Shown here piece after piece: positions 38,194 through 49,379 of a stretch of 55,321 bases of DNA. Each line of letters opens with the position of its first letter. Position 1 is the stretch's first letter. The stretch covers positions 1 through 55,321 of IMG/VR virus record IMGVR_UViG_3300042549_005307; one strand, 5' to 3'. A program made the position numbers and the translations under genes. The DNA is from a virus. Lineage: Duplodnaviria > Caudoviricetes. Below the pieces are notes generated by a model that was not told the origin of the DNA, did not search any database, and saw nothing but the letters and a program-made list of their open reading frames with translations.

Positions 38194-40362
38194 ATGCTAA
38201 ACAACTTCTTCAAAGGTAAAACCGCTACGAAATCAGCCACATCTTTTTGGGCTAATGATTACGATTTAGATTATGGCTGGGATGATGGTGATGTGGATGT
38301 TCCTACGAGAACTGCTACTGAAAATTCTACCATACATTATTTAAAGTTAAATGCTCATCGTAGAGCCATTTCCAACTTCGTTAATATCCTTACCAACAGA
38401 AATATTCCTGTTAAGTTTACCGTCAAAGGTGATTCTTATACGGATGGTAAATCTGTTACTATCTCTTCCGATTTGAAGCCAGATAAGTTTGATTCTACGG
38501 TTGGTTTAGCATTGCACGAAGCATCTCATATTGTTCTTACTGATTTTGAAATCTTTGTTAATTACAAAGCAAATCCTACATTAGTTGATAAGTATTTAAC
38601 TGTTGTTGAGAATGTAGATACTGCTAATTCATCCCACCAAAGTTGGGCTAAACAACGGATTTGGGATTTAGTTAAGAACTTAACCAACTATGTAGAAGAT
38701 AAGCGTATTGACAATCACGTTTACACTACCTGTCCTGGCTATCGAGATTACTATCGTTCTTTATACGATACATATTTCAACGATGCTTCTATTGATAAGG
38801 GATTACTTTCAAATGAATATACTACGGAAACTATTGATTCTTATTTGTTCCGTATTATCAATATCACCAACCCTAACACTAACTTATCAAAGTTGCGTGG
38901 TTTAGGTAAGATTTCTAAATTGTTAAACTTAAACAATATCAAACGCATTACCACTACCCAACAGGCAGTTGAGATTGCTGAAGGTATCGTTGAGATTATT
39001 CTTCAATCTATTTCCGATGAAATGGAAGACGAGAAGAATGGTAATGGCAAGCAAGATGCACAGAATGGACCACAAGAAGATGGTGAAGGTTCTGGCAACG
39101 GACAAGGTGGTGATGGTGAAGGTGGTGAAGAAAGTGATGATGATTTAGAGGTTGAAATGGATGATTCAGAAGATGGTGATTCAGGTTCAGATTCTGGTCC
39201 ATCTGCTTCTATGAACCAACCACTTAAAGGTAAGGTTAAAGTTAAAGAATCCGAAGGTAGTGGTTCTGATAAAGGTGCTACTTTAAGTGAAGCTAATAAG
39301 AAGAAATTAGATAAAGCAATTCAAAAGCAAAAGGATTTCTTAAAAGGTGAAACTAAAAAGAAAGCAATTACTAATAAAGACGATAAAGCATTAGAACAAA
39401 TCGCTAAATCGGGTACTGAATTAGTAAATGTTGCCGGTGAAACTATTGAAGGTGTTGGTAAAGTTCCTCAAACGCAAGTAGTTGTGGTTAAGAAATTGAC
39501 AGAAGAGTTGATGAAATCGGAAAGTTTCCCATTAGCTAGAACTGATTGGAAAACAAAAGAATTAGTAGTTGATGAAATAACCTTACAAAAGGGGTTGGCG
39601 TTAGGAACTATGTTAGGCAAGAGATTGCAGGTTCGTAGTGAAGAGCGTGATACTGTCTACAATCGCCAATTAAACGGACGAATTGACCGCCGGTTAGTTT
39701 CTGCATTAGGATATGATTACCAAAATGTATTCTATACAAAAGAGGTTGATAAGTTTAAGAAAATCATTCTTCACATTTCATTAGATGCATCTGGCTCAAT
39801 GTCCGGTAACCGATGGAGACAGGCAATGACCACTACAATCGCTATCTGTAAAGCGGCTACGATGGTAAACAATTTGGATGTACAACTTTCAGTTCGTTCA
39901 ACAATTGATGGTGGCAGCTGGAACAATAACAAACCTTATATGGTGATTGCATACGATTCTCGTACTGATAAGTTTACAAAAGTTAAGCAATTAGTTGCGG
40001 CATTAGAACCCAATGGAACTACACCCGAAGGTTTGTGTTTTGAAGCAATTATGAAACACTTTACTGAATCAACAAACGATTTAGAATCTTATTTCTTAAA
40101 TATATCAGATGGTGAGCCAAACTTTGGTAATGATTCAATCAGTTATTCTCGTGATGTAGCAGTTAAGCACACCGCGGAAATGGTTAAGAGAATCAAACAA
40201 CGAGGTATTGGGGTGTTGAGTTACTTTGTATCTGATTACACACCATACGAAAGCTCAAAGCAAGTATTCTCCAAAATGTATGGTAAGGACGCTAAATTTA
40301 TTGATGTTAATGGTTTAGTTCCAATCACTAGGACTTTGAATGAATTATTTCTTAAAAAATAA
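38194..40362 (+). CDS. Metallopeptidase-like N-domain, acidic linker and vWA domain (CobT-like partner)
   Basis: HEASH, NYVEDKRI, D/E/G/S-rich linker, MIDAS DASGSM, GTTP, ISDGEP. Confidence 0.85.
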   Translation: MLNNFFKGKTATKSATSFWANDYDLDYGWDDGDVDVPTRTATENSTIHYLKLNAHRRAISNFVNILTNRNIPVKFTVKGDSYTDGKSVTISSDLKPDKFDSTVGLALHEASHIVLTDFEIFVNYKANPTLVDKYLTVVENVDTANSSHQSWAKQRIWDLVKNLTNYVEDKRIDNHVYTTCPGYRDYYRSLYDTYFNDASIDKGLLSNEYTTETIDSYLFRIINITNPNTNLSKLRGLGKISKLLNLNNIKRITTTQQAVEIAEGIVEIILQSISDEMEDEKNGNGKQDAQNGPQEDGEGSGNGQGGDGEGGEESDDDLEVEMDDSEDGDSGSDSGPSASMNQPLKGKVKVKESEGSGSDKGATLSEANKKKLDKAIQKQKDFLKGETKKKAITNKDDKALEQIAKSGTELVNVAGETIEGVGKVPQTQVVVVKKLTEELMKSESFPLARTDWKTKELVVDEITLQKGLALGTMLGKRLQVRSEERDTVYNRQLNGRIDRRLVSALGYDYQNVFYTKEVDKFKKIILHISLDASGSMSGNRWRQAMTTTIAICKAATMVNNLDVQLSVRSTIDGGSWNNNKPYMVIAYDSRTDKFTKVKQLVAALEPNGTTPEGLCFEAIMKHFTESTNDLESYFLNISDGEPNFGNDSISYSRDVAVKHTAEMVKRIKQRGIGVLSYFVSDYTPYESSKQVFSKMYGKDAKFIDVNGLVPITRTLNELFLKK

Positions 40363-40479
40363 TGAAAAAAAGTTCAAAAATATTTGGTAAAGACGTTGCA
40401 TAATTGAAATATTTTGCGTATCTTTATTAAACATTGAGAGAGTTACTAATTTTAAACATAAAACATAAATTCAATTCCT

Positions 40480-41703
40480 ATGACAAATTCAATTAAAAGT
40501 TCAGAGTTCGGTTACACAAATGAGATTTACAAATTGGAAAAATTACCCAATGGTAGAATCCAAATGATGAATACGCAAGGTGATGTTGTCACCGGTGTTT
40601 CACTTCACCCACATACTCGCAAACGTGCTTTGGATTCCAATTCGGCAGTTCGTGCTCACGTTAGTAAAGCGGGTAATAAAAGTTACAGATTAGTTGATAT
40701 GAAAGAATACGAAAAACTGGTTAAACCATTAAACACTACAAATGCAGAACCTGCAAATGAAATTCCAAATGAGCACAAATCAATTGTGGATTTCATTCAA
40801 AATGATTCGGTTACATTAAAACCTAAATCTCTGATAATTTCAGATTTGAAATGGAAATTCTTAATCCGTTCAGCAGTTAGGGCTCGTAATATTATGATGA
40901 CAGGACCTGCAGGTTCTGGTAAAACTTTAGCCGCAAAAGCATTGGTTGAGGCATTAGGTCGCCCATTCCACTACTTTAACTTGGGAGCAACGCAAGACCC
41001 GCGTGCAGCATTGATTGGTAATACTCACTTTGATAAAGGTAGGGGTACATTCTTCTCTGATTCTGCGTTTGTTACAGCAATCAAAACTCCAAATGCAGTG
41101 GTGTTATTAGATGAGTTAAGTAGAGCACATCCAGAAGCTTGGAACATTTTGATGACAGTTTTAGACCAGGGCCAACGATATTTGCGTTTGGATGAAGCAG
41201 AAGGTTCACCAATCGTTCCTGTTGCAGAAGGAGTTACTTTTATTGCTACTGCCAACATTGGTAATGAATACACATCAACTCGTGTTTTAGACAGAGCAAT
41301 TATGGACCGTTTCACAACTATCGAAATGGATGTTCTTAATAAGGAGCAAGAATTAGAATTACTAACAATGCTTTATCCTGGTATTGATTCCTACGATTTG
41401 AATGCAGTTGCAGAAATTGCTTCTCACACTCGTGACCAAATTCGTAATGAGGCAGGTAAGTTGAGTACTGCAATATCTACGCGTGCTAGTGTTGAAATGG
41501 CTGGATTGATTTACGATGGTTTCAATTTGGTTGAAGCTGCTGAAATCTCTATCTTCCCATTCTACTCTACCGATGGTGGTATTGATTCTGAAAGAACTTA
41601 CATCAAGCAATTGGTTCAAAAGTATCTACGTGATACCAATGAAGAGAAGCCATTGTTTGAAGAGAAGGTTGAAGAAAATGATGAAGAAAACATTGTTTGG
41701 TAA
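40480..41703 (+). CDS. MoxR/CobS-like AAA+ ATPase
   Basis: Walker A GPAGSGKT, Walker B LLDELSR, IATANIG, DRAIMDRF, STR. Confidence 0.92.
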   Translation: MTNSIKSSEFGYTNEIYKLEKLPNGRIQMMNTQGDVVTGVSLHPHTRKRALDSNSAVRAHVSKAGNKSYRLVDMKEYEKLVKPLNTTNAEPANEIPNEHKSIVDFIQNDSVTLKPKSLIISDLKWKFLIRSAVRARNIMMTGPAGSGKTLAAKALVEALGRPFHYFNLGATQDPRAALIGNTHFDKGRGTFFSDSAFVTAIKTPNAVVLLDELSRAHPEAWNILMTVLDQGQRYLRLDEAEGSPIVPVAEGVTFIATANIGNEYTSTRVLDRAIMDRFTTIEMDVLNKEQELELLTMLYPGIDSYDLNAVAEIASHTRDQIRNEAGKLSTAISTRASVEMAGLIYDGFNLVEAAEISIFPFYSTDGGIDSERTYIKQLVQKYLRDTNEEKPLFEEKVEENDEENIVW

Positions 41704-41715
41704 TTAACTCACTAT

Positions 41716-41744
41716 GGTTGGGTGTGAAAGCACCCAGCCTTTAT
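41716..41744 (+). terminator. Hairpin with GAAA tetraloop after the AAA gene
   Basis: GGTTGGGTGT-GAAA-GCACCCAGCC-TTTAT. Confidence 0.75.
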
Positions 41745-41755
41745 CTTATATCATT

Positions 41756-43673
41756 ATGAAATATAATCCTAACGAAGAATTGACTCAAAAAGAGTTAAGT
41801 GCATTAGAAGAGGCAGATTTCTTTGAGTATTTAGACTCAAAAGCAGAGTATCTCAAAACAAAATCAATGCCTTTACCATCACGTTTAATTAAGAATTATG
41901 CATATATGACAGAGGCAGTTTCTAATATGGATGGTAATGGTGAAATACATAATATCGTAAATAATACAGCATTAGAAACTATCATCCGTCAGAACAAAGA
42001 ATTATCTGATGATTTGTTAGCAGAAAAATGGGAAGAAAAACTAAACAAAAAAGAAAATGATTAATATGAATATAGTAAATATAATTTTAGGATTGACTTT
42101 AATTATTTTAGGAGGATTGATTCTATTGGGAGCACCTCTAATGTATGTATGGAATTGGATAGTACCATCCATATTTGGATTACGTTACATTACATTTTGG
42201 GAAGCAGTGGGTTTAAATATCCTAACCGGTATATTATTCAGAAATAGTATTTTCCCAACCAATACATTTAATATAATCAAAAGCAAAATATCATAATATT
42301 ATGAACGTATCACTAACAATAGAACAAACCAAATGGTTTATAGATGCCAAAAACTACAAAGAGGCATTGGAACTTGCTCAAAATAATATAACCTATTTAG
42401 CAAATCAAAGTAGAGAGCATGGTAATGAGTTTATAGTTCCAGCCTACTTACCTATATTTGGTGAATGGATTATGACACGTAATGGAAAGCAGAAGCGTGT
42501 TCTACGATATGATAAAAAAGAAACCAAATCCGTAGATTATTGGAAGGAAAGGTTTTGGGAGTTATATTTATCAGCAGAAAAAAAGTACAAAAGACAACAA
42601 AATAAACTTAAAAAACAGGAGTTAGTATGAATTTAATGGACAAAGTTATTATTAAAGATGGCGATATATTTGTAGAAAATATATTCTATCTACGCAACAA
42701 TTTTTTAGATTCCAAACACATATTTACATCGGAAGATAATTTGGTGTATGATGAAAGTTTGGCAGTAATATGGGAAGGTTCAGTTGGCTCAAAGGCAATA
42801 AGGCCATTAAGAGATGATTTACCATATACGCAAATTGATGAAACTACATATGAATTAGATATTGCACCATATAAAAATGGTCCTTTAACTATGGCAGATT
42901 TATTCTAATAATAATTAGGAATTATCAAAAAAAATGTGTATATTAGTGTCACACTAAAACAAAATTGGTTATGAGTAAAACAAAAGAATATTATTTGGAA
43001 GTGTTAGGATTAAAAACGGAATCTCTTTACGATGATGTGGAGTATAACAATCCACCACTGGATTTGTTTTTAGATGAAGAAATTAAATGCAACCTAACAG
43101 AGCAGGAAATTTACGAAGCAGAATTACTATCAGGTTATTTACACCAAACTAATTAAATCTAATTATGACAAAGAGAGAAGAGAATGCTGTGGTTAAAGAA
43201 TACCACCCATCTGCATTGGCAGATTTGTTAGATTTAATTGATAAATTTGGTACAGATAAGGCATATCAAATATGTAAGGACCAAAAGTTAAAAGAACAAA
43301 AAGAAATGTTTGAAAAACTTTACCTTTAATTATTTGTATAAATAAATTTATTTTTGTATATTTGTAAAACTTTAAAATCTAAATAGTTATGAGAACCTTT
43401 TATTATTACGAAAATCCACGCAAACGCTACAAAGCAATGCAAACTGCAACAGAAGGCACTACTTATGTGTTGGAATATCGTGTTAAGAATTTTAATACTT
43501 TTGGTAAATCTTTTTATACTTGGAGACGTGTATTGGATATGATTTCTAAACTAAAGTTTAAGGAGGTAAAACCATTAATTGATAGAAGAGTTAATTTAGA
43601 TAGAGAAATACGGACTATGAATCGTAAAACATACACAAATCCATTTCTGGAGTATATTAACGATTTGGATTAA
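41756..43673 (+). other. Seven small hypothetical genes (41756, 42057 membrane, 42301, 42627, 42971, 43165 not in track, 43389)
   Basis: Co-directional short ORFs with promoters at 42939 and 43357; starts corrected past hairpin and promoter sequence. Confidence 0.65.
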
Positions 43674-43720
43674 CTATTTTTCTAAAAGTATATATTTATA
43701 GAAGAATAAAAACACAGATT

Positions 43721-44176
43721 ATGAAAAAATTATTATTATTATCGGCTATCGTATTCGGAATGAGTACTGCCGCAAACGCACAAGAGTGGTTGTTTTCTGC
43801 AACTAGAAAGGGTGGTCCATCTGATGGATACATTACTGCAGGATACATCAAAAAGGGATGGGGAATCTATGCCGGTTTACCTTATACTGAAATCCAATCT
43901 GCAAATGCAAATGGAAACGTAGCACTTCCTGCAATAAACACACAGACAGGTACTATTTCAAGTCAAATGAAATATGGTATTCTTCGTCAAGTAGTTGAAG
44001 GTAAGTGGATGTTTGGTGCTGGTATTCAACCAACAATAAACGGAACTAAACCAAATGTATTCTTAATGTACAATCCATTAAAAGCTAGTGGTAATTTGAA
44101 ATTATGGACAGTTGGTAACTTGGTAGGTTCTGATTTTACATTAGGTTTGGGTTTATCTCTTAAAATGGGTAAATAG
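43721..44176 (+). CDS. Secreted small outer-membrane beta-barrel-like protein
   Basis: Signal peptide ANA/QE, alternating strands, C-terminal LGLGLSLK. Confidence 0.55.
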   Translation: MKKLLLLSAIVFGMSTAANAQEWLFSATRKGGPSDGYITAGYIKKGWGIYAGLPYTEIQSANANGNVALPAINTQTGTISSQMKYGILRQVVEGKWMFGAGIQPTINGTKPNVFLMYNPLKASGNLKLWTVGNLVGSDFTLGLGLSLKMGK

Positions 44177-44575
44177 TGCCAAACAAAAATAGTTACAGAG
44201 ACAGAAGTGTCATAAATAGACTTATAAAAGAATTAGAAGAAAAGTTGGGGTTTGTATATTCCTGTGAAAATCATTTAGATAAAACAGGCAATTTATCCAA
44301 ACCTCAACTAAATATTTTGTATGGAATGATACAAAATCTTCATATTATAGATACTTATATCAAAAATACGAAAAATAATGATGTGGGAAAGTAAACTATA
44401 TGGAACTTCTTTTTTAAGTTTAAAAGACAGCAAGGGGAATAGTTCAAAATACATTAAGGTAGAAGACGCTACCAAAGTTGCAGAATCTGCTTGGAATGAG
44501 GCACTAACAAAGGTGCAAGATATATTCCAATCTGAACCTGATATTGTTCAGGAGTGCAAGGATTTAAAATTATAA
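44176..44575 (+). other. Two small hypothetical genes
   Basis: Overlapping co-directional ORFs. Confidence 0.55.
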
Positions 44576-44579
44576 TCAA

Positions 44580-45260
44580 ATGGAATTTGTATTTATATCG
44601 GATACTCACGGGTTACATCGTGAGGTAGAAAAACTATATCAGTTTCCAGAAGGAGATTGTATTATTCACGCCGGTGATGTTAGTAATGTGGGTAAGCCAG
44701 AAGAACTGCGTGATTTTATAGATTGGTTTTCTAATCTACCATATAAATACAAAGTTTTTATAGCAGGTAATCACGACTTTGGGTTAGAGCATCAAGAGTT
44801 GGTTCAAGAGCTACTTAAAGATAAAGACCTAATATACCTTAACGATAGTGGAATTGAGTTGGAAGGATACAAACTATGGGGTATGCCGTGGACTCCTTTG
44901 TTCGGTAATTGGGCGTTTATGAAACCTCGTGGCGGTATAATTGGTACAAAGGTAAATCTTATACCAAACGATACTGATATTTTAATCACACACGGCCCAT
45001 CATTTGGAAGATTTGATTTTACCAAATACACACATACATCTTGTGGGTGTGAAATGTTAAAACAGAAAGTTCAGAGCGTAAAACCTATGATACACGTCTT
45101 TGGTCATATCCACGAGGATGGTGGTAAGATATATGATGAGGCATTTAGTACCAGGTCAATCAACGCATCTTTGCTAGATGAAAATTATATGATAAAAAAT
45201 CCCATAATTTGTTGGGATAGTGATACGGATACTTTCTATAATACAAATCCTACACTTTAG
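44580..45260 (+). CDS. Calcineurin-like metallophosphoesterase
   Basis: SDTH, HAGD, GNHD, THGP, GHIHE. Confidence 0.93.
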   Translation: MEFVFISDTHGLHREVEKLYQFPEGDCIIHAGDVSNVGKPEELRDFIDWFSNLPYKYKVFIAGNHDFGLEHQELVQELLKDKDLIYLNDSGIELEGYKLWGMPWTPLFGNWAFMKPRGGIIGTKVNLIPNDTDILITHGPSFGRFDFTKYTHTSCGCEMLKQKVQSVKPMIHVFGHIHEDGGKIYDEAFSTRSINASLLDENYMIKNPIICWDSDTDTFYNTNPTL

Positions 45261-45275
45261 GGTGTAGGTTTTTGT
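45246..45275 (+). terminator. Intrinsic terminator
   Basis: CCTACAC..GTGTAGG followed by a T-run. Confidence 0.7.
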
Positions 45276-45386
45276 GTTTTTTGTTATACTTATTATTGTA
45301 CGGGTCAAACCATCCCCCAATAAAAAACCAAAAATCTTTTGGTAAAGTACTAAAAAATTGTTATATTTGTAAAACCATTTAATCAA

Positions 45387-45557
45387 ATGAAAATATTCAG
45401 CTGGTTTAAAAAGTTATTTAAAAAGAACGATGAAATACACCAATTCATTGTTACACTTGCAGATGGAACGCAAGAGTTACGAGTGTATAAAAACGGAAAG
45501 AGAGTAGACAAGAATGAAATCATCCGTAATTCTATCACCAAACAAAGGAAAATATGA
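45387..45557 (+). CDS. Hypothetical protein (56 aa), not in the ORF track
   Basis: MKIFSWFKKLFKK...; behind a promoter at 45362, ATGA overlap with the next gene. Confidence 0.55.
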   Translation: MKIFSWFKKLFKKNDEIHQFIVTLADGTQELRVYKNGKRVDKNEIIRNSITKQRKI

Positions 45558-45970
45558 GATTATTGATATGTTTAATTTTAATAGTAAATACAGCATTAGC
45601 TAAACCAACCTTAAAACCTAAATTAGAAAAAGAAGAAGTATTAAATTATATGGATAGTTTGGGTATTCAATATCCAGAAATAGTATGGGCACAGGCAGTA
45701 TGGGAAACTGGCCATTTCCGTTCAAAATTGTATGTATATAACAACAATCTATTTGGAATGCGAGTGGCTAGGAGTAGACAACATACTGCAATTGGTAAAC
45801 GATTTGGCTATGCTAGATATTTAAGTTGGCAAGAAAGTGTATTAGATTACAAATACTTTCAGCAGTTATTTATAGGTAAAATAAAGAGCGAAAAGGATTA
45901 TTTTAGGTATTTGGATAAGTATTATAGTGCCGGAAGACACTATTCAAAATCAATTAAAAAAATATTATAA
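45554..45970 (+). CDS. Signal-peptide glucosaminidase (GH73-like) peptidoglycan hydrolase
   Basis: AQAVWETG, NNLFGM, YARY.SWQESV.DY, YS...Y. Confidence 0.85.
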   Translation: MRLLICLILIVNTALAKPTLKPKLEKEEVLNYMDSLGIQYPEIVWAQAVWETGHFRSKLYVYNNNLFGMRVARSRQHTAIGKRFGYARYLSWQESVLDYKYFQQLFIGKIKSEKDYFRYLDKYYSAGRHYSKSIKKIL

Positions 45971-46009
45971 AAGTGTATATTTATTGGTGAATTTAAACCT
46001 ACAAATTAT

Positions 46010-47952
46010 ATGAGCTTTTTAACAAGCGTTAAAGATTTTTTAATAAATAACAATACCCAAATATTTTTAACATCCATACTGCTTTTTATAGCAACAATCA
46101 GTTACACTAGATATAATGTAAAGGAAACTGCTAAAAAAGAAAGATATGAAGAAATGAAATATCGGTTAGATTCTGTAATGTATGAAAATTATAGAAAAGA
46201 AAATCAGTTACTATACGATGTTACCAAAAGAGATAGCGCTTGGGTAGCAGAAAACAAAGAACAACAATAGGTTATGGATTTGAAGGATGTTACAAAACTA
46301 CAAAAGCGAGAGCTAATAATCAAAGCAGTTAGTGATTTATATGACGCCGCCGAAAGTAATGGGGTTAGTACAATCACGCTTGCTTTAAACTTTAATCCTT
46401 ACAATTGGGGACATAAAATAAATGTAGATTATCAAATCGGTTATCCAAAAGAAAAATGACAAGCAATCCATTTCGTAAAGAATTTATGAATTATCAGGGT
46501 AATATGTATATTATAAAACGAATATATCCAGCTGAAAAGGTTAGTGACCATAATGGAATAAAGGAGCAATTGGGTTGTAATTTGGTATTGAGACAACAAA
46601 ATCAAATGTATTTTTTAGAGCAAGTGCAAGATGTAGTTTTTGAAGAAACAATTGTATAATTATATGGAAGAAAAGAACGAACTGATTGACGAACAAGCAA
46701 AGTTAGCAAAATTAACAGATATGGTGAATGAATATATTCAAACATTTGGTTTGGATGTAACACATACCGATGATGATGTAGCTAATTTAGAACATAAGAT
46801 ATTTTATTTGTTACATTCCCGCGAAAGAATTGAAGAACAAACTTTCAAAGGAAAAGATGCAAAAGAATGGGTAGCAAAATACGGACCAGAAAACGCGGTG
46901 TTTAAGGAAAGTGAGGTTTTGAATTTTATGAAAAAACACAAAATCAAATAACTATGGAAAACTTGAACGAAGGTAAATCAAATGTAGGTCAACCGATTGA
47001 TAGAAAGGCAAACCTAAAACTAATTGGTGATGTATTGCTTGCTAACAAAACAAAAGCAGGTGCAGGTAAGGGAAATGCAAAATCTACTATGAATAAGAAC
47101 GCATCATTCAAAGCAAAAGTAAGTAACACAAAAATGAATATCCGTAAAGCTCAATAAAATGGAAATTACAGAAGAACTATTATTATCTCTTGGGTTTGTG
47201 AAAAACCTAGTAACAGAGGAAGAATCCGGTGGAGATACTTATTATTACTATTCAATAGATTTACTAACAGATGATAATGGATATTCAGCCATTACATTAT
47301 TATCTTGCGCAAACGATGAAGTAGAAGAGAATGGTGGCTGGTTGGTTGAGGTGATAGATAATGGACACCATAAGATTAAAGATGCCGCTTTACTTACCAC
47401 ATTTATAATGGTATGTAGAGATATAGAAAATCAGTAAGTTATGAAAAACTATAAGTATAGTATTAGTCAATTCCGTTGGGATAAGAATGAAAACTGCTTT
47501 TATGCAAGTGCTCCTTATCTATGGGATGAAAATAGACCAGAATGTGTGGATGCATTTCCAAACGGAAAGAAAAAGTTTATTATCCAAAATCCTAAATCAA
47601 ATGGATTCCGTAGGTTTTCATTTGTTAAAGAATATGATGAAAAGTATGAGTGGGTACATGATACATATAGTATTGAGCAAACTGATACCATTTGGGAGTT
47701 TGAAAGTGAAGATGGTATAAAATGTAAAATATCACTATTAGCATAATGGAACAGATTATAACCATAAATGATATAGAATATACGGTCATTAAAGGTGCAA
47801 AGGTTCGTACCTATATGGATGCAGTATATGAAATTAAGGAAGGGGATAAGACGTATTTTAAAGCATGTAGGTGGGTAGATATAATGGATAAAGATATAGT
47901 AGAAGTATATTATATTAAAGAAATAAACAATACAAGAAGTTCAGGTATATGA
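46010..47952 (+). other. Eight small hypothetical genes (46010 TM, 46274, 46456, 46664, 46954, 47159, 47441, 47746)
   Basis: Tightly packed co-directional ORFs. Confidence 0.65.
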
Positions 47953-48374
47953 AAGTAAAGATTAAAAAGTTACATCCAAATGCAGTTAAACCAAAGTACG
48001 CAAAAGAGAGTGATGCGGGGATGGATTTGGTAGCAACATCTATTATATCAAATACATCGTTCCAAATAACATATGGGTTAGGTATTGCATTGGAGATACC
48101 CGATGGGATGGTTGGTTTGGTTTTCCCTCGTTCATCCATACGAAACACCGAATTGATGTTAAGTAATTCAGTTGGTGTTATTGATGCTGGATATAGAGGA
48201 GAATTACAAGCAACCTTTAATAAATTAAATGGATTGGATTCGATTACATATAATGTAGGAGATAGAGTTGCACAAATAGTAATCGTACCACATCCAATTA
48301 TTCAAATCGTAGAGGTAGATGAGTTGAGTGAAAGTAGTAGAGGTATAGGTGGATTTGGTAGTACGGGTAAGTAA
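47949..48374 (+). CDS. dut: Trimeric dUTPase
   Basis: DAGMDL, PRSS, GVIDAGYRGE, GDRVAQ, RGIGGFGSTG. Confidence 0.97.
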   Translation: MKVKIKKLHPNAVKPKYAKESDAGMDLVATSIISNTSFQITYGLGIALEIPDGMVGLVFPRSSIRNTELMLSNSVGVIDAGYRGELQATFNKLNGLDSITYNVGDRVAQIVIVPHPIIQIVEVDELSESSRGIGGFGSTGK

Positions 48375-48483
48375 TTAAAATATGTTAAAGTCTATATAAA
48401 TCCTATATACGTCTCAATATTTTATCAGTTTAATACAATAGAAAGTTCATATAATAGTTATAGATAAACAAACCAAAAGCAAT

Positions 48484-48804
48484 ATGAAAAAGTTTAAATT
48501 TATTTTAATGTTAGTAGGATTACTACCATTATTGGGTTATTCACAAACGATTGATACATCAAACAAAAATCGTTTTTTTCCACAAACATTACAACAACAA
48601 AAATTGTATTATTCTCATCCACCCCGCGATAAGTTTGGGTTTGATAATCAACAAAGAGGACCACAAAATTTTAATAGAATACTTGGACAACAGGTAATAC
48701 CAGATAGTATTTATATGAAAAGTGGTAAGGTTGTTATGATATTCGATGAACGCAAAATCAAACAATTTATTCAAAATAGAAAACGTAAATGGATGAACTT
48801 ATAG
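48484..48804 (+). CDS. Secreted hypothetical protein
   Basis: Signal peptide, Gln-rich. Confidence 0.6.
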   Translation: MKKFKFILMLVGLLPLLGYSQTIDTSNKNRFFPQTLQQQKLYYSHPPRDKFGFDNQQRGPQNFNRILGQQVIPDSIYMKSGKVVMIFDERKIKQFIQNRKRKWMNL

Positions 48805-48862
48805 CAGGTGCTGGTATAGCTTTATTTGGCATTACCATCGTTATTTTTCTGATAGATTACAC

Positions 48863-48924
48863 AAAAGGTACTAGAAAATAGTACCTTTTTTATTTGGAAT
48901 TGTTAAATATTTTTTGTATATTTG
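48863..48924 (+). terminator. Terminator followed by a TTTG-N20-TATATTTG promoter
   Basis: AAAAGGTACTA-gaaaa-TAGTACCTTTT; -7 box at 48917. Confidence 0.75.
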
Positions 48925-48928
48925 TTTT

Positions 48929-49135
48929 ATGGCAAAGATAAGTAATGAACCAGTAGTACCCAGAAAGTTTGAGAAAATCTATGAAGATGAACGCGAGATA
49001 ATGATATGGAAATATGATTATTCAAAGTTCACTAATGGACCAGTATCGGTTGAAATCAAATCAAAATACCAACCTTTTGAACCAAAGAAGAAGAAACCTA
49101 AAAAGGAAAAGGATAGATTCAACAGATTTTTTTAA
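48929..49135 (+). CDS. Hypothetical basic protein
   Basis: ATG 48929; WKYD..GPVSVEIK. Confidence 0.6.
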   Translation: MAKISNEPVVPRKFEKIYEDEREIMIWKYDYSKFTNGPVSVEIKSKYQPFEPKKKKPKKEKDRFNRFF

Positions 49136-49379
49136 TATGCTATATTAAATGATATTTATGTAGGATGATAAATCCTATTTATATAACATTTGGAACAATA
49201 ATTGTAATTTTAATAATATTAGTTAGGATAATGTTCTGGCTATTTGATGATATATAATATGGAAATAGTATTAGATTTAATTTTTGTTGGAATATCAGTT
49301 TGGTGTGCTGTTATGTATGTAAGAAACACTAATAGAGTTATAGATGATTTGATGAAACAATTAAAAGAAAAGCAAAAAG

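Noticed and set aside
41714-41755. N-terminal extension MVGCESTQPL of ORF 41714
   Set aside because: Overlaps the terminator hairpin; ATG 41756 is the more likely start
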